A stretch of DNA of 64,000 nt, taken from the NCBI RefSeq assembly GCF_964355755.1, contig NC_092675.1:2289812-2353811 (forward strand), written 5' to 3'. This DNA comes from Antedon mediterranea (lineage: Eukaryota; Animalia; Echinodermata). The translations under genes and the position numbers were made by a program. The notes beneath the pieces are model-generated. The model ran no database searches and was not told where the DNA came from. It was given only the letters and a program-made list of their open reading frames with translations. Shown here one piece after another: positions 25,901 through 36,114 of the stretch; position 1 is the stretch's first letter, and each line of letters opens with the position of its first letter.

Positions 25901-28900
25901 TGATGATTCAGGTTGCCTTTATACAATCTAAGGGCCTGTTCAGACCTACAAATGTATAGGCTTGTATCTATAGTACATGGCATATATACAAAATGAACTA
26001 CAGGGGAAGAGTGTGAACAGTTACGATGCTAAATATAAAGTGACTTCAATTTATAATATAAAACACTAAACTATTTAGTGTGAACACAACCTAACTCAAC
26101 TGACCTTTGGCAGTTGTGATTTTACTGCAGGGTTTACCAGGTCGTTGACACGCACCCCATTCGTTTTTCTTAAATCCGTTCCAAAGTTAACCGCTTTCAC
26201 AACAGCATCATTTCTATCATACATATTGATACTTTCGGCGGAATCTACAACTTTACGTCCGGCAAAGTCAAACGTTATTTTTTTGTTTAACCTGGAGCCA
26301 TGCCGTTGTTCTCGTAGCTCTGACTCACGTTTTGTTAACAATTGTCTTTCTTTGTCCGTTAACCATTGATTGGTGTCAGTCGCAAAATAATCAGATTCAT
26401 CATCAATAACTTGGGTTCTCTTGACGCTAGAAAAAAAATCGATTGATTACCAAAATGCTATTATCTAATCACAATAATTATTGGGCACAGTATAAGAATA
26501 GGATCAAGAATACATGAAATTTGAGTTATTGACACACAAACTATAATAACATATAACATACAGATAAGACGAAAATAAAAATTATTGCAAAAACAAAATT
26601 TGTCGTGGACTGGTGATAAGGCAAATCTGATGACAGATAGCCTTATATAGACACATTTTGTAAATCATTGTAAAACGCTATGAAAAATCTTTATTGAATG
26701 ATGACTCGATGCATAAATAATTTTTATGCATCGTTGTTGTGTTCTTACAAGTTTTTGTACATAATTAGTTCTTCTTTGATTTTTTTTTATTACTTTTGTG
26801 CCACCGATATAAAAGTATCATTTCCAATAAAGATGATTATTTTTTTAGGAACAAGCTTAAACCACAATTTAATATCACCTCGTTCGGTCATATTCTATCA
26901 GTCTGTTTTTATTCTTGATTGCTTTTTCCACAGAAATCTTCTGTTTGTCTGTATTACTGATATGCTTTTCTCCCATCAATTTCCTCCTAACTTTTTCACT
27001 CTTATTAGAATTCCTTGATAAAATTTCTTGTTCTTCTCGTGTACAAACCTAAAAAAGGTAAAAATGTTATTGTTAAATGTGTAAGTGTTGATCATTGAGC
27101 TAGCCATACTTTGAAAATGCCATGAACAGTGTATCTAGGCATGTACTTACTAAATTATCACAAAACAAGCAGGGGCCTGAACCTTCCAGGGCACAGACCA
27201 CTCTGCCGCCAACTAAACAGTTACTAATGAGAGCATGCTTCTGGGCTTGGCATTCACAGGCATGTACTTACCAAATTACCACAAAACAAGCAGGGGCCAG
27301 AGCCTTCCTGGGCACAGACCACTCTACCGCAAACTAAACAGTTACTAATGAGAGCATGCTTCTGGGCTTGGCATTCACAGGCGTGTCGTCCTGGTAAGTG
27401 TACAGTATCCTTTGCCTCTCCTTCGTTACTATAAAGAGGAACAAACTTCTGTTGGTGTTTTTGTTTCTTCCGTGCCCCTTGCTTATTACATGATTGTAGA
27501 AACTGGTCAAGTTCACTCTGATAATAATAAAATAACTCAAAATCAACTCAAATTCAATACAGGGGAAGATTAAAATAAACTTTGGGCAACAGAAATTGAG
27601 CGGTATGCTTTTAACCCTCTGAATACAGGACTAAAATGTATACTGTTCTCAAGAAAACTTTCTCAAAAGTAACTCCAACATTGAAGTATTTATTCGAGAA
27701 AACAATCCCCATATTAATGGTGTGGGAGTACCGTAAAACTGTTATTATTATGGATCAGTTGAACCAGGCATTTGGTGCGACTGAATACCATAATCTAACA
27801 CAATAAAAGGCCAAACGTCTCAATTTTACTAGTACTACATGTATTGCCAATGCAATGAAAATTTGAAATACAATGAAAACAAAATTTTTCATATGGGTTT
27901 TGGAAGAGTCTTGTTTTTTATTTGTTTAGGCAAATTGCCAAGGTTAAGTAAATTCATTCACTATTCTTCTTAAAAGAGGTAATTTGTCATATTATGTATC
28001 ACCTTTTATTTTGTTACCATGACATTGAAAGTAAATAAATGTTTAAATGTAAAAAAAAAAAAATCCTGCTCAAAGTCTTTGGGAGTTGAGTTGTAATTTA
28101 TCATTACAACAAATTCTGACTTGAACCCAGGACCCTTGGATTGGCCGAGCATCATAACCACCAAGCCACAATTCCACTCCAAAATGGTTGTTAATAATAA
28201 TATACCTTTTTGTCATCACCAGGCATCTTTGGTTCATGTCTTAACAATGATAAATCCACTTTAACAAACTCTCCTGGCTTCTTTTCTTTTTCTTGCCTTT
28301 CTTTATGTCCTTTACTATTATTACTACTAGAAATTAAAGAATTTTCTACAGCTGGTTTTCTATATATTTGTGCATTCTCTGGAACATCCATGTTCGACGG
28401 ACTGGAATGGTTGACTGTTATATCTTGCGTACAAGTTTCTGTATTTATAGTTCTCCATCTTTTTGTAAGTTCAGTAATAAATGAGTTGTGCTTGGAGTTA
28501 CATTTGTCTAATAGATCATTGAGATAATCTAAAAGGTCTAGCTCCTTGCTCATTGAAAGTAGGTAACTAAATGGTAAAAAAAAATTGGTTAAATCTTAAA
28601 AATAAGTCATTTAAAATAAAGCTTGATTAAAGTGTATGCAGTGAATAACCATTTATCATACAGTGATACAATTGACTCTCACAATACCGGAAATCTCGGA
28701 CAACCAGAAACTCTCCCAATACCAGATTTTCTCAAGGTTTAAAAGGTACCAAATTCATTTTTACCATTAAGAACACATTCCGAGTACCATACTTTCCGGA
28801 AAACTAGACATAATTGGTCAATTGCCCAAAGGTGTCTAGTATTGGGAGAGTTGACTGTCATAATACATCTTAACATAACTGCGTGGTCGCAATTATTCTT

Positions 28901-29701
28901 ATTGTGTGTTTTCATATGTTGATTTATTAACACAATTATTGTCTGAAAGTGATATTTTTAAGAAAACCTTGAGATAAGTTAGTTTCAACTGTAATAATTA
29001 ATTTAGATTTGGTTTCACATTGGTCATTGAAAGTCAAAATGGTCAACTGATATAGGATGACTAATGATCAGTATTTATTTTGATATATTTTACTCTTTGC
29101 TATCTGATTAACAGACTAACATTAAATATATCCATGCTACTCTTTCACACATACTGAGATTATCTTTAAGTTCAGGATGAGGTTATAACCACTGATTTAG
29201 CGTTGGTGTTACCTGAACCTAACTGTAAAAATAATCTCAGTAGATCTGAAAATGCAGTAGCTCCCATTAATGAACGTTCCAAACCTACCAATTTCGCAGG
29301 GAGCCGAATTTCCATCCAATCTCCCGAATATTAACAAAATCTCCAGAAATTTTGGTTTAGATAAAAATATTCTTCAAACCCATATTTACTGTCTGAATTC
29401 TGTTTTTTAGAAGGTAATTTCTATATTCTATATGATTAGTTGCTAGAAATGCTGATTGCACAATGTATTTTGTGATGAGTTTAAACCGTGCCAAATCCGT
29501 TAAATGGGTCAGGTCTGTTAAAAACCGAAAACATTTGTTTCAAACCTCCCAAAATTTGCAACTTGAGGGTTGGAACGTTGTCTGCAGTAACTCTACCTAC
29601 TGGACTATATCTTGGGGTGAATCCAGGTCAAGAATATCTACAAACTGTTGACAGCACCATTGAAATAAATCATTTTGTTCTTTGTTGATCACAACAGCCA
29701 T
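13918..29701 (-). CDS. TRIP4: Activating signal cointegrator 1 (ASC-1/TRIP4), 10 coding exons, 583 aa
   Basis: Coding exons on the minus strand: 29701-29601, 28566-28206, 27517-27272, 27048-26879, 26426-26105, 25149-24980, 16285-16164, 15360-15263, 14814-14718, 13982-13918. All introns are GT-AG and phase-consistent; total 1752 nt. Recognised motifs: C2HC5 zinc finger ([33 protein letters not shown]), [12 protein letters not shown], and the ASCH domain ([46 protein letters not shown]). A probable 5'UTR exon ends at 33591, with an acceptor at 29728. Confidence 0.95.
13974..14580. repeat. Degenerate tandem duplications in the last TRIP4 intron, including a copy of the terminal-exon acceptor
   Basis: TCAGTTTCCCTAAATTAGAT occurs at ~13974 and ~14104. 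A ~195-bp unit starting CTACTGCAAA is repeated at ~14223 and ~14417. Confidence 0.75.
14933..15030. mobile_element. Partial copy of an abundant MITE-like family (AAAGCTCTGTCTACACTATCAAAC ends)
   Basis: Shares CAAATATGGTAGTGATATG and TGTGACAAAAAA motifs with copies at 24514, 34995, 35511 and 49267. Confidence 0.7.
16688..16879 (-). repeat. 3' LTR (192 bp; A 16879-16774, B 16773-16710, C 16709-16688)
   Basis: Starts TGTTAC on the minus strand directly after the polypurine tract and ends GTAAAA. Its segments are identical to those at 24274-24105 and 23341-23256. Confidence 0.95.
16880..16891 (-). other. Polypurine tract of the Gypsy element
   Basis: Minus strand GTGGGGGGAGTA immediately precedes the TGT start of the 3' LTR. 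Confidence 0.85.
17399..22090 (-). CDS. pol: Gypsy Pol polyprotein (protease, RT, RNase H, integrase), expressed by -1 frameshift from gag
   Basis: Uninterrupted ORF of about 1560 aa. It contains LWDTGSQVS (aspartic protease), [22 protein letters not shown] (RT), LHTDAS..LEFLAL..TDNNPL (RNase H), an HHCC zinc finger, and [18 protein letters not shown] (DDE integrase), in Ty3/Gypsy order. Confidence 0.97.
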   Translation of the reverse strand, partial: GKRTPIIPTGLGMIVEKPNMSPNSKKREIEVAKGDHMYQGQSGIDHSKGSHSNQSKFDPEKKHQISHLTPGQHLRLVNLIGRRCTVKCKLNGNIEEVLWDTGSQVSIVSQTWWKTNCQGEPLRNLRELLQSDLKLTAANGTDIPYIGWLSLKFQLLSINNNDTSTFSTLVPVLVTADELPQPIIGYNVIKEIVQIEQPELVRTVKTSFSKCNNIKAQKLISMMRNSDPTDFCNIYSGNLVHEVPAKQTTFIRVRAITGPIQEKMMVIIEPLLEPHLPDGLEVNENVVELTCRPCNDIRVSVTNKTDQNLIIPKKTLLGKLQLVRAIYRGVFEAGSDEVVPTVGVQTARVDVTPEINTRNWKSQLDLSHLSCDQQHIVNQMLDEESNSFSHGEQDMGSIPSLQMKINLLDNIPVQKTYQSIPRPLFQEVKDYLTDLIDRGWVVKSKSPYASPVVCVRKKDGGLRLCIDYRELNRKTIPDCQPIPRIQDVLDSLGGNRWFSTLDQGKAYHQGYMTTDSRPLTAFVTPWGLHEWVRIPFGLKNAPAAYQRCMEDALEGLNHQICEVYLDDIIVYGKTFEEHQINLQKVLKRIQEKGMKLKPAKCKLFQSEVKYLGKIISHEGYRPDPRDTEALYTLKSNIPRTVGEVRKLLGFTGYYRRYLRDYSKRAKPLFVLLTQAGTTTKNNQSTNKKNQRKKQKKHSNRKDNGQVPSSTPITWLPEYQQIVDSFIDELSRAPIMAFPDFERPFELHTDASQDGLGAVLYQRQDGVLRVIGYGSRSLTPAEKNYHLHSGKLEFLALKWAITSHFRDYLSFAKSFTVYTDNNPLTYILTTAKLNAVGHRWVAELADFNFTIKYRPGRNNEDADVLSRIPMSPSEFDQCTEEISPLVMDAVVQGIAIQQTADFAYINHIVTDHVHIQDQPFGITPNLSTLSIAEVRLAQEDDPALARFREYKTKGRWPTRSERTNEIPETRTLMREWSKINLDKDGILRRTTKTRTQLLIPKSLRPMILKSLHNEMGHLGTERVLILIRERFYWPHMETNINHYIKQECSCVKDKKPSRITRAPLVNIKTSEPFELVSIDFLHLDKCKGGYEYILVVMDHFTRFAQAYPTTNKSGKTVADRIFNDFVLKFGYPRRLHHDQGREFENSLFRRLEQLSEVRGSRTTPYHPQGNGQVERFNRTLLSMLRTLTTEQKHDWKQHLNKVVHAYNVTRHESTGYSPHYLLYGRSPRLPIDLAFGLSPDGDAAASEHHEYAKNWKMRMEEAYALARSNMQKLAERSKHRHDQQRPISTSLSPGDRVLIKNCVPPGGPGKLQSFYEDRIYIVVAQKQELPVYEVRPENGNGRVRTLHRNLLCPCDALVPDTQNVASKKKTKITPEQRLPSDPTEKATPQPETDSVGSDEEDEVYLQYPLLTNPEPQYACTSNDSLVQVEPYATPPTAEDSTVDEKHMEAAGDTQHADMDEPVSSNEQVPAAEIGRPVRHRQPPTLFGYHNLGTPAPGCMQINGANTRPLQNPYWDNHYRNGPIQFYPQPTQYATQQPICTEFHPTRQWIPPTVPGQYPMFHRKC
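22027..22090 (-). promoter_or_regulatory. -1 ribosomal frameshift signal (G GGA AAC slippery heptamer plus downstream stem-loop/pseudoknot)
   Basis: The heptamer at 22090-22084 is in the gag frame. After a 6-nt spacer comes the stem CGATCAT-C-CCAA / TTGG-A-ATGATCG. The loop GGGAC is complementary to a downstream GTCCC. Confidence 0.75.
22051..23214 (-). CDS. gag: Gypsy Gag with C-terminal Cys/His zinc knuckle
   Basis: The ATG at 23214 lies just downstream of the PBS (MDLQTLERE..). The C-terminus has [21 protein letters not shown]. The ORF overlaps pol in the -1 frame. Confidence 0.9.
   Translation of the reverse strand: MDLQTLEREVKDCLYKLTLPQLKEVAGAIKQDAGIADKPIRAVLKHILRYLESEEVEALEDGGESVLLVVRTKMEEFRTSPTSSTETETTRPLPSSIEMFKRELKIKGQIGSTGQTDKLSYLSVMRQIEDSLTRGYNRSAILNAVTMAVTSGTPLRGYLESRPEMSLAQLRRVLRSHFKEGDALDSYQQLSAAYQQPDESAQEFVVRAMNLRQKVRFSSNEEGAPLMYDDQLLRSTFLQTLQTGLRGNLRIEMREHLQEPNISDEDLLERLARVENLEDKRKQKQCTSNTVKVASATVTTSSPSDEIKMLVEGLKTLQASVSALQGVVQHTNKGRRKSRGRGCNSCKQDGKGDDCRHCYKCGGDNHFARACTTNQGNGPRSSQRDLE
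23237..23253 (-). other. Primer binding site, probably tRNA-Arg(ACG)
   Basis: TGGCGATCCTGCCAGGA lies 2 nt after the LTR end. It matches the complement of the 3' end of invertebrate tRNA-Arg-ACG as I recall it (..UCCUGGCAGGAUCGCCA). Confidence 0.8.
23256..24274 (-). repeat. 5' LTR, split (A 24274-24169, B 24168-24105, unique X 24104-23342, second B 23341-23278, C 23277-23256)
   Basis: Direct comparison with the 3' LTR. The 64-bp B block is duplicated around a 763-bp unique segment that begins GTAAGT. Confidence 0.93.
24514..24671. mobile_element. MITE-like repeat (AAAGCTCTGTCTACACTATCAAAC family)
   Basis: Inverted ends TCTACACTATCAAACT / AGTTTGATAGTGTAGA with internal CCAAATATGGTAGTGATATG repeats. 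Several copies occur in the window. Confidence 0.8.
27137..27382 (-). repeat. 121-bp tandem duplication of the 3' half of the TRIP4 zinc-finger exon plus its donor site
   Basis: AGGC anchors at 27137, 27258 and 27379 give a period of 121. The intronic copy translates as [37 protein letters not shown]. Confidence 0.92.
28659..28858. mobile_element. Tc1/mariner-type MITE (related copy at 48647-48826)
   Basis: Both loci share AACCAGAAACTCTCC and ATTGGGAGAGTTG.CTG motifs and have CAG..CTG ends. Confidence 0.55.
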
Positions 29702-30631
29702 TATTAAATGTTCAAATTCCCTTCGTGCCTAGGTGAAAAAATAAAATATGTTTTAACTTTAATTACTTTAAAAAAAGTTGTAACTTTAAAAGAAAGGAAA
29801 TGTTCAACTTTTAATTAAAGTGTGTGACGTGTGTATTCGGTCTAATTGATAAAATAATGAGAATAAATAAATAAACATGCCATGACATTCTCACTGCACT
29901 ACTGGGTGTGTCACACCCAAATCAGTCCGGGCCAAAATCGGTCCGGCGGACCAGTTTTGGCTGCCAAAATCAGTCCGGGGGACCATTTATGGCTGCCAAA
30001 ACCTGTCCGGCCGGACCAATTTTGGCCGACAAAACTGGTCCGGTCTGGATAAAATCGGTCCGGGCAGTAGGACTGTTTTTGGCCGCCAAATATGGTCCGG
30101 TCTTACAAATATATGGTGCGCAAAATGATTCATAATGCATATATCATTAAAAAAAGGCCATGATTAGTCATTATATTGAAAACTATGGGGTTTTATTTGT
30201 TATTTTAATATTATAATTTAAGCCTGTTTTTTTTAATTATCATTATTAGTAGTAACTCATCAATAATAAGTACTAATTGTTAGGCTTTTTGTATACAATA
30301 TGTATCTCTGCCTGTTTTTAATCCATTTTGTTCTTTTTTAACATCTTCGTTTCCCCATGATGTTAAAAACAATTTAATTTATCACTTATTTATGGTTAAT
30401 CAATCAATATATCAATTCAATACAATTATTATAAAACAATTATCCAATATTGATTAGGCTGAGGAAGGAAAAAGGCCTCAATCATAAATAAAATCTAGCT
30501 GGCAATATCAGCGTCTCATACCCGTTCCTGTGAGTGTGTGGCAGGCCCAAATATGAGTGAACACCTAAGTCATGTTTTTAGATAAAATACATTTATTTAT
30601 AGTATTTATCCGACAAGATAACTTACTAATA

Positions 30632-32995
30632 CTAGATGGCACGCTCGCTTCGCTCGCGTACCATCTAGGGGTGCTCACAGATGGTTCTCGAATACAGTAG
30701 AATCCACGGACGGGGACTTTTTTGGGACACTAAACAAAAACGGAAGTGTCCCCCTAATTGGGGTATTCAGAAATAGAGACAACAAAACCAATACTGGATT
30801 CCATAAAGGACAATTAATTTATGTGGATTAAAGAAATTAGGGAGAAATGGAAATGTATGTACGGGAATTGGGCGGCACGTGGTGGTGGTGATGGAACCGC
30901 AGTAATAAAGTTGATTGTATTTATATATTATAAGAACCAAACTAAATAAATAGACCTAGACATTCTGCGAAATGGAAATCGGAAATGCAAGCTCCTATTC
31001 AGTGAAAACTGTAGTCTACCTAAATATTTAGGGCAAATCATCGGTTGTGGTGTTGAAATTCCTGTAAACATTTGTGTGAACCAAACTGGGTCGAATTTCT
31101 GTCATGAGTACTGATTTGTTGGCCTGTGATTTATGACGCCTAAGGGATCTATCTAGACATTGTCTTGTGTCGTATAATAAATAAGTACTGTAATAGTTAC
31201 TGAAGTTACTATTACAATCTCGTCAATGAAAACACGAAAATGTATATGCGCTTACTTATGAAAACGTATACAGTATTATACTCAGTTATTGAAACAGTAG
31301 GTTTAAAAAAGTTTCGTTTGTCTGTAAAATGATGTAATCAAGCTGTTTACATGAGTCTTAATTTATAAGCACATAAACTTACATAGAAAGTAGGGTATCA
31401 TAAATTTGGCCTTAGCACTCGGGGGAGTGGCTAAGATGAAGTCCGTGGGACTACTAAATATAAATTGTAATGAACCTCGAGGGACATAAATAGGAATATT
31501 TCATGTTTCATTATCAATGTATAATAAATGGAAACTGTTTACCGATTCAAATAATAGAAATTGGTTTTTAACATTTTCCGAACCTATTGCAAGTTTATTC
31601 TCAAAGGGCCCATATATTTACCTACCGTATGTGTTAAACCAAGGGCTCATAAATTTACCTACAGTACTTGTGTTAAACCAAACTCTGGCAGACTGAGAGA
31701 TTGGGATGTTCCATTCATCGCCAATCAATACATTTGTATAATCGTATATTAAATCTATCAAAATAGTATTTTTTAAAGAAAATCGGCCTGTCTTCAACAT
31801 TATGATGGTGTACTCTAGCAATCTATCAAAATAGTACTTTTTAAAGAAAATCGGCCTGTCTTCAACATTATGATGGTGTACTCTAGCTGTTCAACCGGTT
31901 TTCAGCTATTAAAAACAATTATCGTAGGAGGAGATAGGAAAATGCGAAGCCTCCTCGCTATGTAACATTAGGGTTGAGGGATGGGAAAGCGGATAGGTAC
32001 AAAGAGGAACAATTTTTAAATATATTCTTTATCCACTGAGTAACGAAATATTTTGTTCATGTTTTATAGGCCTATAAATAATATACCTCTAAATACAGTA
32101 GGCCTAAAACATTTGCGATTTAATACTTTGTTAAAACTGTCACTGTCATAATCGATTGAAATATTAAAGTACATGTCACGATACACCACTACGACGTTTA
32201 TATTTTTGGTAATTATTAATTAATACAAACGTTGAGAAGGAACTGTCAGTATAAAGTTTATTTGTATATCTAACAGTAGAGCCTATCCACAGTCTCAGTA
32301 ATAAAGTTTATTTGTATATATTTTTATATTACATCTAACAGTACGAACATTCACAGTAAGAAATGTTCGATTCAAATGAAAAATAGTTAATAGGTATTTA
32401 CAGTATTGTCAAAGTATTGCAAGTTTATTCTCAAAGGGCCCATATATTTACCTACCGTATGTGTTAAACCAAGGGCTCATAAATTTACCTACAGTACTTG
32501 TGTTAAACCAAACTCTGGCAGACTGAGAGATTGGGATGTTCCATTCATCGCAAATCAATACATTTGTATAATCGTATATTAAATCTATCAAAATAGTATT
32601 TTTTAAAGAAAATCGGCCTGTCTTCAACATTATGATGGTGTACTCTAGCTGTTCAACCGGTTTTCAGCTATTAAAAACAATTATCGTAGGAGGAGATAGA
32701 AAAATGCGAAGCCTCCTCGCATTTTTTTTGGCGGGTATTTTTCAAGATGGACATCCATTAGACAGTGTATACCACGATCGGAAAACACCCCTATTTGGGG
32801 CAAATCGTTGAACCTAAATTCGTTTTAATAGTCAATAACTAATTATCTAACTCAATTTAATTAGTAAACAGGGTTACATCAGGCGGTTAAAATCAGTACC
32901 GAAAGTACGAACCAACTTTACATACCATCGAGTGAAAATTCTAGAAGTAAGGCGCGATTTACCGAATTTTGCCCTTACGTAAATTTATATATAGA
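30632..32995 (-). mobile_element. Non-autonomous Helitron nested in the Ginger-like element
   Basis: On the minus strand it starts A|TCTATATAT at 32995. It ends with the GC hairpin GGTACGC-GAGCGAAGCGA-GCGTGCC followed by CTAG|T at 30632, i.e. inserted between A and T without a TSD. Confidence 0.75.
31585..32720. repeat. Internal ~306-bp direct duplication within the Helitron
   Basis: 31585-31958 (which carries an extra 68-bp tandem copy) versus 32415-32720; the two are near-identical. Confidence 0.9.
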
Positions 32996-33590
32996 TATAT
33001 CATGGGATATTTTTCTAGCCATAAACAACTTAAAACAGCATCATAGGCCTAGTAATTCAATTAAAATCGACAGAAGAAAAGCCTGGACCGATTTTGGCAG
33101 TGGCGGACTGCTTTTGGCCACAATTTTAGAGCCAAAACTGGTCTGGCCGGACCGATTTTGGCCCCGGACCATATTTATCGTGACAGGTGAATTCTCACTG
33201 TATACTACTAGGCCTATATAGATAGGATAGGGCCTACTGAGGATACATCAACATAAAATGTCAGCCGAAACGTTTGACTGACTGTTTGAGCTGAGAACTA
33301 GGTCTCTCCTACGCCTAGGCTAGCCTATATTACTAGGCCTACTACCACTCTGAGAGAAGAGCTCTTCAGTCTTCACTGCCCTGGCTGGTAGAACCAACTA
33401 GGCATGGCATAGTAGCATAATAGGCCTAGGCCGGCCCTAGTAGGCCTACTAGCTAGCTAGGCGGCTAGAGGGGCCTAGATATTATTAGGGATAGTAGGCT
33501 AGTTAGTTCACTGAATTTTCTATCATAAGGTATATTTTCAATGTAAAAACAAATTGGATTTGTTGGCAATTTTAAATTATCTGTTCCTAC

Positions 33591-33830
33591 CTGAAAAATA
33601 CTTTTATACCATACGGGACGAGATTTCTGTCTTCTTTTTCGCGAGGAAATTTTACTGGGAATTTCACAACAACAGCTGATTGGTCAATAACATGTCACCT
33701 CTCACCTTTGACATGAACTTTATAGAAATAAATACCCCGCGAAAGTTCAGAATCCGCGCGAAATTGTAGACGACGAACCGACCGGCAAAATTGAAGAGAA
33801 GACATTGTTATCTAAACAACAATTACATTT
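33591..33830. promoter_or_regulatory. Bidirectional TRIP4/PCLAF promoter with E2F-like sites and a CCAAT box
   Basis: CpG-rich patch between the divergent genes. TTTCGCG at 33637, CCGCGAAA at 33737, GCGCGAAA at 33756 and ATTGG at 33679. This fits the known E2F regulation of PCLAF. Confidence 0.65.
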
Positions 33831-33989
33831 ATTTGTAAGCCATTCAGACCATCTTATACCTATTCATGTAAATTGTTTATCAACTTGATAATATTTTGTT
33901 TAAAAAAAAAAGTAATATTGTTTTGTAGACGCTGCCGCAGTTGATCAACGACAACCCACCCACCTATCACAACAAAATATTAAACAAGA

Positions 33990-36114
33990 ATGGTTCGAAC
34001 AAAGGCAGACGGAGGCGCCAGAAAAGGTAAGAGTAAGAGTTAGGTGCGGCCTAGGCTAGGGCCTAAGACTAATATAATTTAAAATATTTACATGTAGGCT
34101 CTAGGCTAGTCTAGGTCTAGGCCTAGATAAGGTTTTTTTTTATTAAACTGTCACAGCCAAGTCAAAGAGTAAAAAAGGCTGCATTGATTATCATAAAAAT
34201 ATATACTTAGGTAGGGCTGCTAGGCGCTAGGCCTACTACTATATATTATTATAATATGATGATTGATACAATCTTTTTTCAGTAATTCAGTAGTACTAGT
34301 AGGCAATATACAGCAGTACAGAGGCCCAGCTTACTACTAGGCCTAGCCATCTAAATCTACCTAATTAATTTCAAATTGTGCAAGGATTTCCTTGTGTAAT
34401 TTCATCTTGTACAAAATGTGCATAACATAAGTTTAAATGAAAATTTAAACTTTTTCTATTCGTAGCCGTGGCAGCAAAGGCACCAAGAAAGTCTTTGGGT
34501 GCTTCAGGAGGATCAGGTTCGAGTTCTGCAATTCTTTCCCCAAATGGTAAGGATAATCGTTGTATAGGCTAAATTTACTTCTTTCAAAATGTATACAGTT
34601 ACAATATAAAATAAATTCTTGTTACAGCCATTCCAATGTTTTAAGAAATAAAATTTTGTAATATATCGTACATATACTTACATTTTGGTATATTACAATG
34701 TTCATATTAATTGATCATAAAAGACGCCCTAAAATATAAAATGTTTTTTTCTTAATTATGCTTATTTTCAAAAACTCTTTTCAAAAATGTTTAGCTGCTG
34801 CAAAAAACAAATATGCAGGAGGAAATGTTGTGTGTCCACGTGCAACTCCAGAATGGCAGAAAGGAATTAAGAATTTTTTTATACAATCACTAAACACAAA
34901 GACACAAGATAAAGAAAATGACAACCCAGGGGACGATGCTGGAGCTGGCAGTAGCAAAAGGTAGGATGAATTTATTTTTATAAAGATCAAAAAAGTGTGT
35001 CTTCCCAAATATAACAGTGATATGCCCAAATATGGTAGTGATATGACATCATCATGTCCATATATGGGCACATCACAGGACTTTTCATATGCCAGTCAGA
35101 TCCATTGTAGTACTGTGTAACTAAAAAATAATTAGTGTTTTTTTTTATTTCAAATTGCTTGAATCTTTTTTAAAAATGTTGTCGAGTTGAATGACACAAG
35201 CTCAGGGCCGCCACAAACTATAACCATAAAATCGGCACAGGTTCTCTCCTTGACCAAAGTGGTATTCCTCAACACACTGCTTTAAGTTTTAGTTTAAGTT
35301 ACGTGTGCTTTTTTATATTTAAATTGTTATTTCTGTTGTTGTAATGAGGATATTGGAATGATGTACAGTATAACTCTAAATAATTTTTTTATTGTTATGT
35401 ATGTAGTGTATCAAATGACACATTTTCAATTGTATATATTGTGTATGTAATTGGACAATAAAAGTTTTTTAAATTTTGAATTTTTTGAATATATATCACA
35501 GATAAACCCTAAAGCTCTGTCTCCACTATCAAACGTTATGTGACAAAAAATGTAATGTGCCCATATATGGGCATTATGATGTCATATCGCTACCATATTT
35601 GAGCATATCACTACCATATTTGGGAAGATCACACTTTTTTGATAGTGTAGACAGAACTTTATAAAAATAAATTCATCACACTTTTTTGTCAAACTAGTGA
35701 TAGTGTGGACAGAGCTTTAAAACACCTGTGCACAATTCATCCCATTAGGCTGCAAGACACAGACACACATTTACATAATAACTAGAGATTATATAAATAT
35801 GTTTTGTTTCAATCACCAGGGAAACAAAGAATATGGAACCAATAGAAGAAACTGAAGAAAATATGAACGAAGAAATTGTGGAAGGAGGAGAAAATGTGGA
35901 AGGAGGAGAAAATGAGGAAGGAGGAGAAAATGAGGAAGGAGGAGAAAATGAGGCAAAAAACAAAACAAAGGATGATGAGAAAGAAACAAAAGAGACAGTT
36001 GATTCCGAAGAAAAGATGGATGAGACTAAAGAAGAAGAAGAAAAGCCACAATCGAGTAATACCTCTAGTTTTAAGAAAAACAATTGCATAGACGACAGTG
36101 ATGATGATGAATAA
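33990..36114 (+). CDS. PCLAF: PCNA-associated factor (PAF15/KIAA0101), 4 coding exons, 192 aa with an acidic tail
   Basis: Exons 33990-34026, 34466-34546, 34795-34960 and 35820-36114 are phase-consistent. MVRTKAD..VAAKAPRK (histone H3-tail-like), NKYAGGN, PIP box WQKGIKNFF and a KEN box are present. Confidence 0.92.
35511..35719. mobile_element. MITE-like repeat (AAAGCTCTGTCT family) in a PCLAF intron
   Basis: Inverted ends AAAGCTCTGTCTCCACTATCA / TGATAGTGTGGACAGAGCTTT. A partial copy is also present at 34995-35076. Confidence 0.8.
35878..35952 (+). repeat. 18-bp coding tandem repeat, (V/E)EGGEN x4
   Basis: GAAGGAGGAGAAAATG(T/A)G is repeated four times in PCLAF exon 4. Confidence 0.9.

Larger units (their letters stand above)
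29909..33185. mobile_element. Non-autonomous DNA transposon with TGT..ACA ends and a 4-bp TSD (Ginger-like)
   Basis: TGTCAC at 29909 and GTGACA ending at 33185, each flanked by GGTG. Imperfect TIRs carry arrays of GGTCCGG/CCGGACC and GCCAAAA subterminal repeats. No transposase ORF. Confidence 0.7.

Noticed and set aside
31561-32630. Two near-identical 60-67 aa ORFs
   Set aside because: A by-product of the internal duplication in a non-autonomous Helitron; no Rep or helicase motifs.
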